This document shows positions 45,410 through 55,933 of a stretch of DNA of 64,000 bases, piece after piece. The position numbers were made by a program, and so were the translations under genes. Numbering within the stretch: position 1 is the stretch's first letter; every line of letters begins with the position of its first letter. The DNA lies in sequence record PZ445448.1. One strand, 5' to 3'. Origin of the DNA: a phage. The notes under the pieces were generated by a model. The model saw only the letters and a list, made by a program, of their open reading frames with translations, made no database searches and was not told where the DNA came from.

Positions 45410-45666
45410 CGGTCCCCACCCTTATGTTTCCACAAGGCCAGACTATCTCTTGCCTGAAATCACACCGTGTGATTCTTAATCAGACCCCTGCGTTTCGGAA
45501 TCTTCCATAATCCCTACACCAAAAGGTTAGTCGTTACAACCGCCTCACTCCTTGTGAAGCTAGTCACGGGATTGGCATAGCTTTCGCCTTAGCGTTCCCC
45601 GTTAGCCAGCGATCAGCTGACCCCTCATACTAAGGTTAGCAGAGTTTTAAAACGGCCAGTTTGTTA
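45410..45666 (-). mobile_element. ORF-less group I intron in nrdD
   Basis: Exon 1 ends in U, intron ends in G; ACGGGGAAC...CAAUCCCGUG and GACUA/UAGUC core strings; splice gives ...LTSVNG|QTPF... Confidence 0.75.
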
Positions 45667-46527
45667 ACCGTTTACCGAGGTTAGTGTGTTGATCTGATAA
45701 AGCAACGTCTGCATGCTGTCAAACACGTCTTTATCTGTCATTTGCATTGCAACAGTCTCAGCATCTGGCAACCAATGTTCCTGGCAAAATTTAAGGTTCT
45801 TCTCATAAGTCGCCTCAGCATACTGTGCCAAATAATGGTCAATATGGCTCATAGTCTGACCCCCATATTGAGCACTAGCTACTGCACTAGAGATTTGGCT
45901 AAGGATTGTTGTTGCAACCCCTATTGACTTCGGCTTACTGACATGGGCGTTACCAATGTTGAATCCGTTTTCCAACATATCTGGATAATTTACCAAACAA
46001 CAGTTTGTTAACGGACTGATCAAGTAGTCAAGATCATGCACATGGATGAAGCCTTTATTGTGCTCTTCTGAAACACGGTCTGGCAGGATCTGTGTTGATG
46101 CAAGGTGTTTGCTAAGGATGCCTGCAAGCAGGTCACGATGAGTGTGTACATGATTGGTAGGCTTATTTGCGTTTTCTTTTGTAAATTCATCACAAGTTCG
46201 ATCCAAGAAGCCACTAATATCTGCAAGCAGTTTTCCACCTGCCTCTCTGTTATTATCTCTTGTCTGTCTATACTGGATGTATTCTCTGGCTGCACATTTT
46301 AAACCCATATCCATAAGAGCATCTTCAACAAGGATATGGATATTTTTTACAGAGATCGTGCACTGGTCGGTTGGTAGATTGTTAGCAACAACTTCATTAA
46401 CCGCGCAGGCGATCCGGTAAGCTTCTTCTTCAGTATGTCCAGACTCAAGTAAGGCGGACTCTGCCGCCTTGATCACCTTAATTCCGTTATAGAACTCTTC
46501 TCTACCGTCCCGTTTTACAACTTTCAC
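45667..46527 (-). CDS. nrdD: anaerobic ribonucleoside-triphosphate reductase, exon 1
   Basis: N-terminal ATP-cone-like MKVVKRDGREEFYNGIKV; ORF stop lies 1 codon past proposed 5' splice site. Confidence 0.8.
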
Positions 46528-46802
46528 TTTTTCTCTCCAAAACCATTCTTAACAAAAGAGATGAAATCGTCGGCACCGCCTATATGGACACTGTCAAGAT
46601 CGCTTTCTAAGAAGATCTGCGGCAACGTTCTGGGGACAATTGGACTGCACTTCTCAATAAGCTCTTCTTTTGTGTAGCCCTCGCCAAGTGTCTTATATAC
46701 AAAAGGCAGACCTTTGCTGATTGCAAATTCTTTTGCTCTGACACAATGTGGGCAGTTATCCTTACCGTAAATGATGATGAAAAAAGATTTTTCGCAGCTC
46801 AT
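46524..46802 (-). CDS. glutaredoxin
   Basis: IIIYGKDNCPHCVRAKE ... RTLPQIF ... HIGGADD. Confidence 0.75.
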   Translation of the reverse strand: MSCEKSFFIIIYGKDNCPHCVRAKEFAISKGLPFVYKTLGEGYTKEELIEKCSPIVPRTLPQIFLESDLDSVHIGGADDFISFVKNGFGEKK

Positions 46803-46805
46803 ATA

Positions 46806-47894
46806 TTAAAACTCCCAAATTTCTTCTTCAGCGTCGTTAACAGTTGTGTTGACGCGGTAGTCAGTGTTCGACATTTCTTGGTTCGCCGTCTGTTGTAATG
46901 AAGGTTTCATCCACACCTGCATAAACGGTAGCGGGTCCTTTGTTGGCGGCACAAAGTCTTTGTCGATGTCGTAGTAATCATAAATCGGTGAGCAGTTATA
47001 GTCAACCCACTCTTTAAGCAACGGTGAGTTAAGACCTATAATCGCTCTTCCTTCGCTGAAAATATAGTCACTCCAACCGTACTCTTTGGTTCGTACTTCA
47101 TCAAGAATCTCTTTTAACTCCCCCTTTATCTCAAGGAAGCTTTTCTCCCATGCGGGATCATTAAGCAAGATATCAATGATGGCAAAATCACCTTTCGAAT
47201 GTAGCATTTCGTCAAGCATGATTTTTTGAACAAGCTGCGCCACCTGAACAAAGATACCCTGTTCAGCTACTGCGAAAGTGCATGCAAAACTTGCAATAAA
47301 CTCAATACTTTCCAGAGCTAAAAGCGCAAAAAGCGCTCTAAGAATGCATTTCCGCACAATATCTTCTTCAACACTAGAAGGATCCAGGCGGTATTTTGCA
47401 CCAATAACCTCAAGCTCTTGCATGTATTTGACAATAACGCCGGATCTGCTCAGAACGTTTTGGTTTTCCTGAATCTCTTCTATAATCTCACGGGCATTGG
47501 GGAGGCATTGTCTAACAATCTCTGAGTAAGTTAGTGCGTGAAGAACTTCAATCTCTGACTGTTTCATCAATAGAGTGAAAAGCTCACTATTAGTGATGAA
47601 TGGTGAAAAGAGGCAGATGATCGATCTTGCCGCAACGCTATCAGCCTCCCATTGCCACATCAAGGTCTGCACCATCACGTCATAAGTTGACTTTGAGCAT
47701 GTTACAAAATCTGAAATAGATTGCGACAAATCCACTTCATCCTCTGCCCAATCTTGCTCTTTTTGTTTTTTGTATAGTTCAAACAGTTGTGGATATTTTT
47801 TGTTGATAGAGTCGTACATACCCATTTGCTGTCCCAGAAACAGCGGATAGTCACCAGTTTTATGAGCGGTGTTCTCAGCATTAAATACAGCCAT
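46806..47894 (-). CDS. nrdB: ribonucleotide reductase class Ia beta subunit
   Basis: Paired E..H ligand motifs (EIEVLHALTYSE, LDEMLHSKGD); acidic C-terminus ...EEEIWEF. Confidence 0.75.
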   Translation of the reverse strand: MAVFNAENTAHKTGDYPLFLGQQMGMYDSINKKYPQLFELYKKQKEQDWAEDEVDLSQSISDFVTCSKSTYDVMVQTLMWQWEADSVAARSIICLFSPFITNSELFTLLMKQSEIEVLHALTYSEIVRQCLPNAREIIEEIQENQNVLSRSGVIVKYMQELEVIGAKYRLDPSSVEEDIVRKCILRALFALLALESIEFIASFACTFAVAEQGIFVQVAQLVQKIMLDEMLHSKGDFAIIDILLNDPAWEKSFLEIKGELKEILDEVRTKEYGWSDYIFSEGRAIIGLNSPLLKEWVDYNCSPIYDYYDIDKDFVPPTKDPLPFMQVWMKPSLQQTANQEMSNTDYRVNTTVNDAEEEIWEF

Positions 47895-47933
47895 TATTCT
47901 ACCTCTAAAATGGGGCCGGAAGCCCCTTTAAAA

Positions 47934-50249
47934 TTATAGTGCACAGCTTTCGCAATACGGATCTTCAACTGAACTATCTGCAATCAAAGGATAGTTCTTT
48001 CTGGTTTCATCTTCAGCCTGTTTCTTGGCATGAAGTTCCTCTGCCAAGGAGTCACCAGCACCAACCCTAGAGTTTAAATAATACCATGTCTTCATCCCGA
48101 ATTTAGTGGCACGGATAAGGTACCCTAACTGCTCCTTCATTGAAATTTTACCATCTTTCAACTTGGTGTAGTCTATGTATAAATCCGCGCTGATTGCCTG
48201 ACCTGTGAATTTTTGAATCACGGCATACATATCGATCATGTCGTTAGTATCAACGTCCCAAGCCGAAGTGTAATACTCTTTCAACTCATCATAGTCAGGA
48301 ACGATAAACAGCACCTGCCCTTGTGGCGACTTTTTAAAGATAATGTGCTCACGGACAGGATAAACCCCGTTAGTGGTGTTTGTTGCCAGCGAAGAGCTTT
48401 CATTAGGCATATATGCTTCAAGAACGCTATTACGTAGCCCACCATTTTCAACGATTTCTTTACGTAACCCTTCCCAATCCTGTTTAAGAGAAGGATCTTT
48501 CACCACGCTATCGACCTCTTTGTTATAGGTGTCGATTGGTAACCAACCTTCTGGATATTTTGTTTTATGCATCCACTCGCAGACACCACGCTCTTTTGCC
48601 AACCGTAAACTTGCCTTATGCAAGCTGTAGCTGTGAAGTTCTGCAAGATCGTGAACGAGCTGTTTACTTTCAGGAGATCCGTAAGTAACCTTGTGGCTGG
48701 CAATAAAATGTGCAACATTGGTAAGGCCAACCCCGATGGATCTGCGTTTTTTAACTGTGCTTTCCATATTTTCATACGGATATGTCATGATTTCCATAAC
48801 ATTGTCAATCATAAGCACCGTATAGTATGCAACATCCTCATACTCCTCTGGAGTAACCCTCCCAGCTACAAGAGATGACAGGAAGCACAATGCAACCTCT
48901 CCATCATCAGCATCGTACTTGAAGATATTACGCATATCTGAATAGCCTTTTGTCGGGAGGGCTATTTCTGCACACAGGTTACTTGAATAGATCACATCTT
49001 TAAAAGGTGTATGTCTATTCATCTCATCTGTCCAGTATACATACAGCCTTCCCACCTCAGTACGCTGCGTGATCAGTTCAACAGCAAGATCTCTGGCCCG
49101 GATCCATGTTTTAGGAATACTGTCATCTTTAGCAATACGATCAACCTCTGCATCAAACTCCTCCATAGACATGGTGAAGATACCCTCATGCAGTTGAGGC
49201 GCGTGCTTATAAGAAACAAGCATCCAATCCAAATTCTTAGCCACACGGTTGATAAACGACCTATTAATACCGATGGAGTAGTCCATGGTGTTGATTCTTT
49301 TTGAAGCAACAGTCATAGGGTTTCTCAAACGGATTAGCTCATCAATCTGCGGGTCCAGTGCAAGGAATGATACTGTTGCAGAACCGCCACGTGATTGTTG
49401 TCTGTTCTCCTTAACACCAGCATCAATACCTCGATAATATGGAATCTTACCCATATGTTTAATAGTGTTACCACGAACACCATCGCCTGCAGATCTTGAG
49501 GATAAATAGTAGCCGATACCTGCCTGGTTAACCGTCATTGTGTACGCAACTTCACGTGCCACGCCAATAGATTTTGCTGTATCGTCAGCTTTTATTACAC
49601 AACAAGATGCATACCCTGTCTTACCTGTGCGCAGCCCGTTTAAGTACGGTGTCGGGGCATTGATTTTTAAGTCGGACAGATAAGTGTATAATTTTACAAC
49701 ATCGTTGATACGACGTTCTTTCGGCATATTCTTCATGACAGCCATTGCTATCCCCATAAACATCATCTGGGGAGATTCAAACAAGGTGTCTTTAAGAGTA
49801 TCCTTGATCCCGTATTTGTCGCGAAACTGTTTAAGGACTGCATAGCCATAACCGAGATCTTTACTGTGGTCAATAACAGCGTCTAAAGTGTTTAGCTCGG
49901 TAAAGCTATAACCCATATCCTCCCAATACCCTTTCTCAACCATGGTATTGTAAAATGATGGTAAGGAAGGGATCTTTGTAAACCCTCCAAAAGCCTCTTT
50001 ATAAATCTGACCAATAAGAACACGACCAGCCATACGGGAATGTGCTTCGTCTTTACGGCTAACACATGAGTCTATGATAGCTTGGTTAACTTCTTTGGTT
50101 GTACATCCATCATACAGTCGTTTGTATGCATCCAGTGCAATGTGTGACCAATTGCCGTTACCGTCGTCACCGAAAATAGCTGCCTTATTTAAACGTTCTG
50201 GATCGAATGCCACTTCACATCCGTTGCTTTTAATTACCTTGGTGATCAA
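47934..50249 (-). CDS. nrdA: ribonucleotide reductase class Ia alpha subunit
   Basis: ATP cone at N-terminus; SSNLCAEI active-site loop; C-terminal CESCAL. Confidence 0.85.
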   Translation of the reverse strand: MITKVIKSNGCEVAFDPERLNKAAIFGDDGNGNWSHIALDAYKRLYDGCTTKEVNQAIIDSCVSRKDEAHSRMAGRVLIGQIYKEAFGGFTKIPSLPSFYNTMVEKGYWEDMGYSFTELNTLDAVIDHSKDLGYGYAVLKQFRDKYGIKDTLKDTLFESPQMMFMGIAMAVMKNMPKERRINDVVKLYTYLSDLKINAPTPYLNGLRTGKTGYASCCVIKADDTAKSIGVAREVAYTMTVNQAGIGYYLSSRSAGDGVRGNTIKHMGKIPYYRGIDAGVKENRQQSRGGSATVSFLALDPQIDELIRLRNPMTVASKRINTMDYSIGINRSFINRVAKNLDWMLVSYKHAPQLHEGIFTMSMEEFDAEVDRIAKDDSIPKTWIRARDLAVELITQRTEVGRLYVYWTDEMNRHTPFKDVIYSSNLCAEIALPTKGYSDMRNIFKYDADDGEVALCFLSSLVAGRVTPEEYEDVAYYTVLMIDNVMEIMTYPYENMESTVKKRRSIGVGLTNVAHFIASHKVTYGSPESKQLVHDLAELHSYSLHKASLRLAKERGVCEWMHKTKYPEGWLPIDTYNKEVDSVVKDPSLKQDWEGLRKEIVENGGLRNSVLEAYMPNESSSLATNTTNGVYPVREHIIFKKSPQGQVLFIVPDYDELKEYYTSAWDVDTNDMIDMYAVIQKFTGQAISADLYIDYTKLKDGKISMKEQLGYLIRATKFGMKTWYYLNSRVGAGDSLAEELHAKKQAEDETRKNYPLIADSSVEDPYCESCAL

Positions 50250-50554
50250 TTTGCTTCCTCCACTTCACTAACGTATTTATCAAGGCAGGTATCAGTATCT
50301 TGCTGGATAAAAGTATCCTCTTCTACAGAGATATTTATAATTTTACCTGTATACTCGTCATAATAGACATCATCATACATTTTAATATCGTTTGTCAGGC
50401 CATTGAACCAAAGCCAACCAACATACTCTGCCCGACTTGCAAAACCAAGATCCTTCCACTTGGAGTTATGACTCATCTTCACCACCTTAGCTTTCAATAC
50501 CGAATAATTTTTCCAGGCGATGCAGATCTTCAAAATTGAAAGGTTCATCAACAA
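50246..50554 (-). CDS. hypothetical protein
   Basis: 102-aa ORF; start may be internal. Confidence 0.4.
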   Translation of the reverse strand: MLMNLSILKICIAWKNYSVLKAKVVKMSHNSKWKDLGFASRAEYVGWLWFNGLTNDIKMYDDVYYDEYTGKIINISVEEDTFIQQDTDTCLDKYVSEVEEAN

Positions 50555-50948
50555 TATGAATATCTTCAGCCTTTTCAGATTGTTTTGTATACTTTCTTAC
50601 ATTAACACGATCCTCTACAGGGATATCATACGGGAGATCTTGAACAAGCATTGCCTCACCAGGTGCTTTATCTACATCTAAAATATCTACACCGTTATAC
50701 ATTTGTGGGTATCTAAAGTCTGCACGCATGACACCAGCAAATACATCTGCCTTTCGATAATGTGTTGGCTTATTTTTGCATCGAACGTTTTTTCCACGAA
50801 GAACATCAATACTTTTTAAATCAAACCCTACGGCAAAGAGTGCAGCTCGGAGACCGTTTCGTGTGCGAACGTTAAACCCGGGGACGGTAGATAGAAAATC
50901 TAAAGTAACTGAAATAAATGTCTTTTTAGGAATCATAACATTACTCAT
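50487..50948 (-). CDS. hypothetical protein
   Basis: Start moved to MSNVMIPKK (SD ggagac) because promoter TTGACT-17-TATAAT (~50989-51017) abuts track start. Confidence 0.4.
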   Translation of the reverse strand: MSNVMIPKKTFISVTLDFLSTVPGFNVRTRNGLRAALFAVGFDLKSIDVLRGKNVRCKNKPTHYRKADVFAGVMRADFRYPQMYNGVDILDVDKAPGEAMLVQDLPYDIPVEDRVNVRKYTKQSEKAEDIHIVDEPFNFEDLHRLEKLFGIES

Positions 50949-51046
50949 ATCTGTCTCCATTTCTGGCTCACCAACAAAGTGAGCCATTATTATAGATTAT
51001 CTAATACTATTAGTCAACACAAAAGTTACCTATCGCTGTGATAGGA

Positions 51047-52030
51047 TTAACCTTTCACGAAGTGGTTATTAAGCAGTTGTCTGTGCTGAACCCACCCACA
51101 AAAGTTGGCAGACCAGAATTTACCATCACGGTCTTGATGGGTTACACCTTCCTGCCAAGTACTGATGTCTTGTGTGATTTCACATGAAGACAGGTAGTAG
51201 TTTAAACGTTCCATTGCATTATCGTGATCCATAGGTGTTGCCTGGTGCTCGTAAGGGCTTGCATGAATACGATCCCCACCAATCAATTTTTTAGCAACAC
51301 TATCTGCCTTTTCAAACGTGCTGTCAATATTTCGATAAGATACTTGTGCACAGCAACTAGCACTGATAGACAGAGCTTCTTTAGTATCGAGAATGCAAAG
51401 CTTTCCTTCTGTGTCACGTACAGCGTAGTTAAACTCTCCGTCCAAATAAACGTGCTCTACATATGGGGTGTGCCATTGACCCGGTTTAAGGATTTCAGGA
51501 GTGCTATTCTCAAGAGCCTCCCACATACAATTAGCTAACATCTGAATCGTAGGATCCGCATCGTGCCAGCAACGGAGGTGGAAAAAATTATTCCACTCGG
51601 TGCTTGTTACAACTGTTTTCATGCGCTGGAACGGCTCCACTAAGCGGTTACATACTTGCTTATGGTAACCAGCAAGGGCGAACTTCTCTGCATGCCAAGC
51701 GGCGTTTTTTGCAGCTTCTTTCCAAAACTCTTCAGGAGTTAGCTCCATGTCAGTGTACTCTACACGGATCTTTTGATCGTGTTCCCCACCATCTTCCATT
51801 CCTCGCTTATTTACACCGAAGCGAACTGGCATTGCCGGATTCTCCACAATCTGTTGCAGCATCTTTCCGACAGGCACTGCACGGGAAGACATGGCGTTTC
51901 GGCTGAACACTCGGTGCGTCATAAGCTCTGAGTGAATAATTCGAGGATACTCTAGCTCAAAAGTGGTGATGCGCTTACCTTTCTCGGAAATGCTGTCAGC
52001 AATGATCTTTGCAGTGCACAGTTTTAGCAT
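51047..52030 (-). CDS. putative flavin-dependent thymidylate synthase (ThyX-like)
   Basis: THRVFSRNAMSSR resembles ThyX RHR..S....S.R signature; nucleotide-metabolism context. Confidence 0.4.
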   Translation of the reverse strand: MLKLCTAKIIADSISEKGKRITTFELEYPRIIHSELMTHRVFSRNAMSSRAVPVGKMLQQIVENPAMPVRFGVNKRGMEDGGEHDQKIRVEYTDMELTPEEFWKEAAKNAAWHAEKFALAGYHKQVCNRLVEPFQRMKTVVTSTEWNNFFHLRCWHDADPTIQMLANCMWEALENSTPEILKPGQWHTPYVEHVYLDGEFNYAVRDTEGKLCILDTKEALSISASCCAQVSYRNIDSTFEKADSVAKKLIGGDRIHASPYEHQATPMDHDNAMERLNYYLSSCEITQDISTWQEGVTHQDRDGKFWSANFCGWVQHRQLLNNHFVKG

Positions 52031-52230
52031 TATTTAGCTCTCCTTGTTTTAATTTTGGAAATTTCGTCTGGGTTTATGTTGGCCTTAAATGCAAGGTATC
52101 TGTTGAACATATCGGAGCACATGTCTTGGGTGATCCTGGAGGCATACACCAGCTTACCTCCCAGATCATACACCTCTAGCCAGTCACCGTATCTGACTAC
52201 AGGATCGCCACCTTTAGAACATCTGCCCAT
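52030..52230 (-). CDS. hypothetical protein
   Basis: 66-aa ORF. Confidence 0.4.
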   Translation of the reverse strand: MGRCSKGGDPVVRYGDWLEVYDLGGKLVYASRITQDMCSDMFNRYLAFKANINPDEISKIKTRRAK

Positions 52231-52231
52231 T

Positions 52232-52825
52232 TCAAATACCTTCTAAAAACTTTCCTATTTTATACCAGCTATTAGCGGTATAGTCAACACTGACCTTTAA
52301 CTCCTCAAATTGCTCATAAGGCGTATCTTTTAGGATTTTAATAACTTCAGGGCGTGAAGCGAATTGGTTCAGGTATTCATGCCTGTCGTCAATTATAACA
52401 TCTACAGCCACATTTCCCTTGAAATGCGTGGCGTAGAAGCCGTGACCCTGGGTGTGATCGTCCAGATCCATAAAATCACTAGTCCAACGCTTTAAGAACC
52501 TTGATTTAGATGCAAGGTGACCTTTCTTGCATACCGAGATAAATGCAAGCTTGTGACCACGAGCCACCAAATCTTTCATAACCTCAATAGCCCCCTCTTC
52601 AGGCTTAAGAAAGTCGTAGAGGAACGGGTCACTCCAGAAATCAAAAGGCCCTATGATGTTTTCTTTGGGGCGATCAGGCCAATACTTTGACAGATCGTAA
52701 TACATTAACCCATTAGAAGGTTTAGTGACTGTCTTACTGGCTGGACCATATAAACGCTCCAACCACTCCCACCATGCTGTTCCTGAATCTACCAGTGTCA
52801 AATCTACATCAATACCGATTAACAT
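52232..52825 (-). CDS. HAD-superfamily phosphatase (possible nucleotidase)
   Basis: N-terminal IGIDVDLTLVD (DxDxT motif I). Confidence 0.4.
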   Translation of the reverse strand: MLIGIDVDLTLVDSGTAWWEWLERLYGPASKTVTKPSNGLMYYDLSKYWPDRPKENIIGPFDFWSDPFLYDFLKPEEGAIEVMKDLVARGHKLAFISVCKKGHLASKSRFLKRWTSDFMDLDDHTQGHGFYATHFKGNVAVDVIIDDRHEYLNQFASRPEVIKILKDTPYEQFEELKVSVDYTANSWYKIGKFLEGI

Positions 52826-53436
52826 TCTTCTTGGGCCTCTTTAGCATCAATATACTTGCACACAATCTCCGATGCACATTCCCAAGGTGCACCTTCAGGG
52901 TTTACAACATCGAACTCAATTCCTTTTATTCCGTTCTTTTCCAGACTTAGATAGGTTCTGGAATCATTTCCCCAGTCATATCCGACACGGTGAATACGGA
53001 ACAACAACAGATCTCCACCTGTGCTGTACGCGTACTCGCTAAGGCATGCCAGCTCCTCTTTGAATCCACCATCGGAGTAAACAACAACCCCTTTACCTTT
53101 AGGGAAATCTTTCTTCAAAGATGCGACTGCGGCTTTACCGAAAGCATCTTCACCAAAGATAGGTTTAATCAGATTTTCACTACAATGGATCATCCATTCT
53201 CGCGGAGAAACATGCTTGCCGTCTATCATTAAGAAAGGGCAAGGCTCTTCTTTGTAGTGGCGGTCATAAAGTGCATTCCAGAGTTGAGGAGTTACACCAG
53301 CTGCCTTAATTGCCACACTGAAGAGCATCTCCTTAACCTCACGGTGGTGTGAGTTAGGAATAGCTTCCAACAAGAGATCTGCAATGTGATCCTTACCACT
53401 GCTGGGTGGGGCGTTAAGAACAATAATATCCATCAA
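52819..53436 (-). CDS. deoxynucleoside monophosphate kinase
   Basis: IIVLNAPPSSGKDHIADLL resembles T4 gp1 LIFLSGVKRSGKDTTADFI. Confidence 0.55.
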   Translation of the reverse strand: MMDIIVLNAPPSSGKDHIADLLLEAIPNSHHREVKEMLFSVAIKAAGVTPQLWNALYDRHYKEEPCPFLMIDGKHVSPREWMIHCSENLIKPIFGEDAFGKAAVASLKKDFPKGKGVVVYSDGGFKEELACLSEYAYSTGGDLLLFRIHRVGYDWGNDSRTYLSLEKNGIKGIEFDVVNPEGAPWECASEIVCKYIDAKEAQEEC

Positions 53437-53636
53437 AAACCTCCGTGGTATTCTTCAACTGCATCAATAATACTTTTACACTTATCTACCAGCTCGTTAG
53501 CCACTACAGCATCGTCTTCCCAAACAGCTTCCTCGATCTGATCAAGCAATGATCGCATCTTACCCATCATTTCTGGGATAAAGTCTTCTGAAAAGCTGTC
53601 TGGAATTGTTAACTTTAGTGTCATTGCGTTCTCCAA
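53433..53636 (-). CDS. hypothetical acidic protein
   Basis: 67-aa ORF. Confidence 0.4.
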   Translation of the reverse strand: MENAMTLKLTIPDSFSEDFIPEMMGKMRSLLDQIEEAVWEDDAVVANELVDKCKSIIDAVEEYHGGF

Positions 53637-53651
53637 TCATACTATGCGTTA

Positions 53652-54110
53652 TTAGAAGTTTGTTTTTACACGTCCCTTTTCATCAACCTCGTTGTTGGCT
53701 AGAAGCGTTACAAAGTCTGTGAAACGGACATGAAGAACTCTTTTCTTATCAAGGTATCCTAAAGCCACCCCTGAGAAATTTAGCATCAAAGGGGCTAAAG
53801 AAGCTCTGGCACTGAAATGCTGTTGTTCTACCCTTCCAACACCCTTAGTGTAGGATGGGTTAAGATTGTAAGTTCTGAATCCCAGTTTTGTTGGAGCTTT
53901 AGAATTAAAAACAACTTTATAGCGTTTCTTACTCAACTTATGCTCCAGGATAAGCATTCCCTTATCACCCTTGATAAGTTGAAAATCTGTAAAGTGCTCT
54001 TTTAATACGAAAGGTAATGCCAGTCCCATCGCCTGCCCCCTTTGTACCGCTGTCTCACCAAAAGCTTTTGCATCAGTAAGTTCTTTGGTCAAGTCTATGC
54101 TTTTGATCAT
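53652..54110 (-). CDS. hypothetical protein
   Basis: 152-aa ORF. Confidence 0.45.
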   Translation of the reverse strand: MIKSIDLTKELTDAKAFGETAVQRGQAMGLALPFVLKEHFTDFQLIKGDKGMLILEHKLSKKRYKVVFNSKAPTKLGFRTYNLNPSYTKGVGRVEQQHFSARASLAPLMLNFSGVALGYLDKKRVLHVRFTDFVTLLANNEVDEKGRVKTNF

Positions 54111-54891
54111 ACCTAGTCTCCAAAATGTATTGTAGTTCTTTCTTACCTATACTCTTCATTCCGGCAGTCTTACCTGCTTCTTCTTGAAAAGAAGAATAGC
54201 ATTCAGCAAACACTCTGTCAACACCGTCAACTAAAGATTTTATGAAATATGTTGATTCTTCAGATTTTGGGTCATCCTCCCCCAATACTTTTCCAGCATT
54301 ATACCCAACACGTCTTACACAGAAGTCGTAGTCATCTGGAGTGCTAAAAGAAAATAACTTATTCTCCCCAATCTCTACAGGATCCCTGTTGCACGCCTTT
54401 TTCTCCCAAATTTGGAAAACACACGGCACGTCATAAGGTTTGCCATTAAGTAGAAACGAGTTCTTAGGGCACCTTTCACTGTAGACAAGGTGCATCGACA
54501 TGTCCAGTTTGTTTGCAAAAAATATTTTTTCAAATGTCCGTGGCAAGATGAAGGCTATAGCCCCTCCAAGCTCTAGCAATGATGCACAATGGTTGAAGAA
54601 TTTGCAAGCTAAAGATGAATTCTTGCCAAATGGTGGGTTACCTATGAAGACATCTGCCTTGGGATGAACCTCCAAGAAGTTTGCCTGAATGCACGGTGTT
54701 GGTCCTTCAAATTCAGGATCTGGTACTAAATCGTACGACAGTATCTCTGAAAATAGTTTTGAAAAAGAACCCCTTCCAGCAGAAGGCTCAACGTATGCAC
54801 AATTCCCATACTTATCTTTTACTTTACCAACAAGATATTCTGCATACTCAGGGTTTGTGTAATATTTGTCGTTGGACTCTTTCTTACTCAA
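54073..54891 (-). CDS. DNA N6-adenine methyltransferase (gamma-class-like)
   Basis: YYTNPEYAEYLV, VEPSAGRGSF (AdoMet site), FIGNPPFGKN (motif IV). Confidence 0.55.
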   Translation of the reverse strand: MSKKESNDKYYTNPEYAEYLVGKVKDKYGNCAYVEPSAGRGSFSKLFSEILSYDLVPDPEFEGPTPCIQANFLEVHPKADVFIGNPPFGKNSSLACKFFNHCASLLELGGAIAFILPRTFEKIFFANKLDMSMHLVYSERCPKNSFLLNGKPYDVPCVFQIWEKKACNRDPVEIGENKLFSFSTPDDYDFCVRRVGYNAGKVLGEDDPKSEESTYFIKSLVDGVDRVFAECYSSFQEEAGKTAGMKSIGKKELQYILETRYDQKHRLDQRTY

Positions 54892-54937
54892 AGTGCCTCC
54901 AAAAGGAAAAGGGAGGCTTGCGCCTCCCTATACTTGA

Positions 54938-55921
54938 TTAGATTATCTGAATCAGGGTGTTTTTCATTTCTTCTCTGGTACGGATGTTGTTACGGTCACG
55001 AACAACAGATCCACAACCTTCGCAGCGATATGTTTTAAATGCACTCAGTTGAGTATACGCCAAAGCTTCTTCCTCGTGAAGGTGTTCTCCACCACAGCGT
55101 GGGCAACGAACCTTTGGCTCCTCGTCCTGGTAGTACAATGACATGTTTGGGTGCTGCTTAGCAAACGGGCGAGCCAGCAAATACAGTCCTTCCAGAGACA
55201 GGATATCACCAACATTATACTCCCGCATCTGTTTAAATGCCTCAAGATCGCCATGGACACACTTGATCCACATTTCAAATGTGTGATCAATCAGTTTCTG
55301 TCTGGCCAGTTGGAAGTATTTGCATGCATACTCCAAAGTGTTTGCATTCAAACGGAATGCCTTCTTGATCATTTTAAGGGTGTCAACCTCTTTGTAGGGG
55401 CTTGTTGGAGGCAACCCGTGAAATGCAAATCGTTGGTTGGCCCACCCGCAGTCAAAACCTGAATTGTGGGCTACTGCGACATCGCATTTATCCAGATAAT
55501 ACCACAAATCCTGAATCAATTCGAGATCATTGTGAATATCCTCATCCCACATTTTGTAATCGGGAAGAGCGCAGTCAACCACACTAGGGCTGTCTAACCA
55601 CTTACCTGCGAAAGTTAGCATATAAGGCATAACTTCAATACCACAGGTTTGAATGTTGGTCTTATAGTGCCCAAAGAACCAGCCGTTTGTTGGGGATGTC
55701 TCTGTATCATACACCCAAACTTTAGCGCCTTTGTGCTCTTCAAGGAAGCGCTCCGTTGCTTCTCCTACAATCTCTGACATATTCTCTTGTGCACGTTTAA
55801 GCTGTAGTCGGATCCAGCTCTCACGTGACTCACGGCCTAAAAATTCACGAGCAATTTGTCTATTAGTGTATCCCTGTTGCTTTAGTGTTAAAATTTGCTC
55901 AAGAGTTAACTTTGTCATCAT
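54938..55921 (-). CDS. DEDDh-type 3'-5' exonuclease with HTH N-terminus and C-terminal zinc ribbon
   Basis: VYDTET (Exo I), AHNSGFD (Exo II), H..D (Exo III); CPRCGG...CEGCGS. Confidence 0.5.
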   Translation of the reverse strand: MMTKLTLEQILTLKQQGYTNRQIAREFLGRESRESWIRLQLKRAQENMSEIVGEATERFLEEHKGAKVWVYDTETSPTNGWFFGHYKTNIQTCGIEVMPYMLTFAGKWLDSPSVVDCALPDYKMWDEDIHNDLELIQDLWYYLDKCDVAVAHNSGFDCGWANQRFAFHGLPPTSPYKEVDTLKMIKKAFRLNANTLEYACKYFQLARQKLIDHTFEMWIKCVHGDLEAFKQMREYNVGDILSLEGLYLLARPFAKQHPNMSLYYQDEEPKVRCPRCGGEHLHEEEALAYTQLSAFKTYRCEGCGSVVRDRNNIRTREEMKNTLIQII

Positions 55922-55933
55922 CGTTAAGATTCC

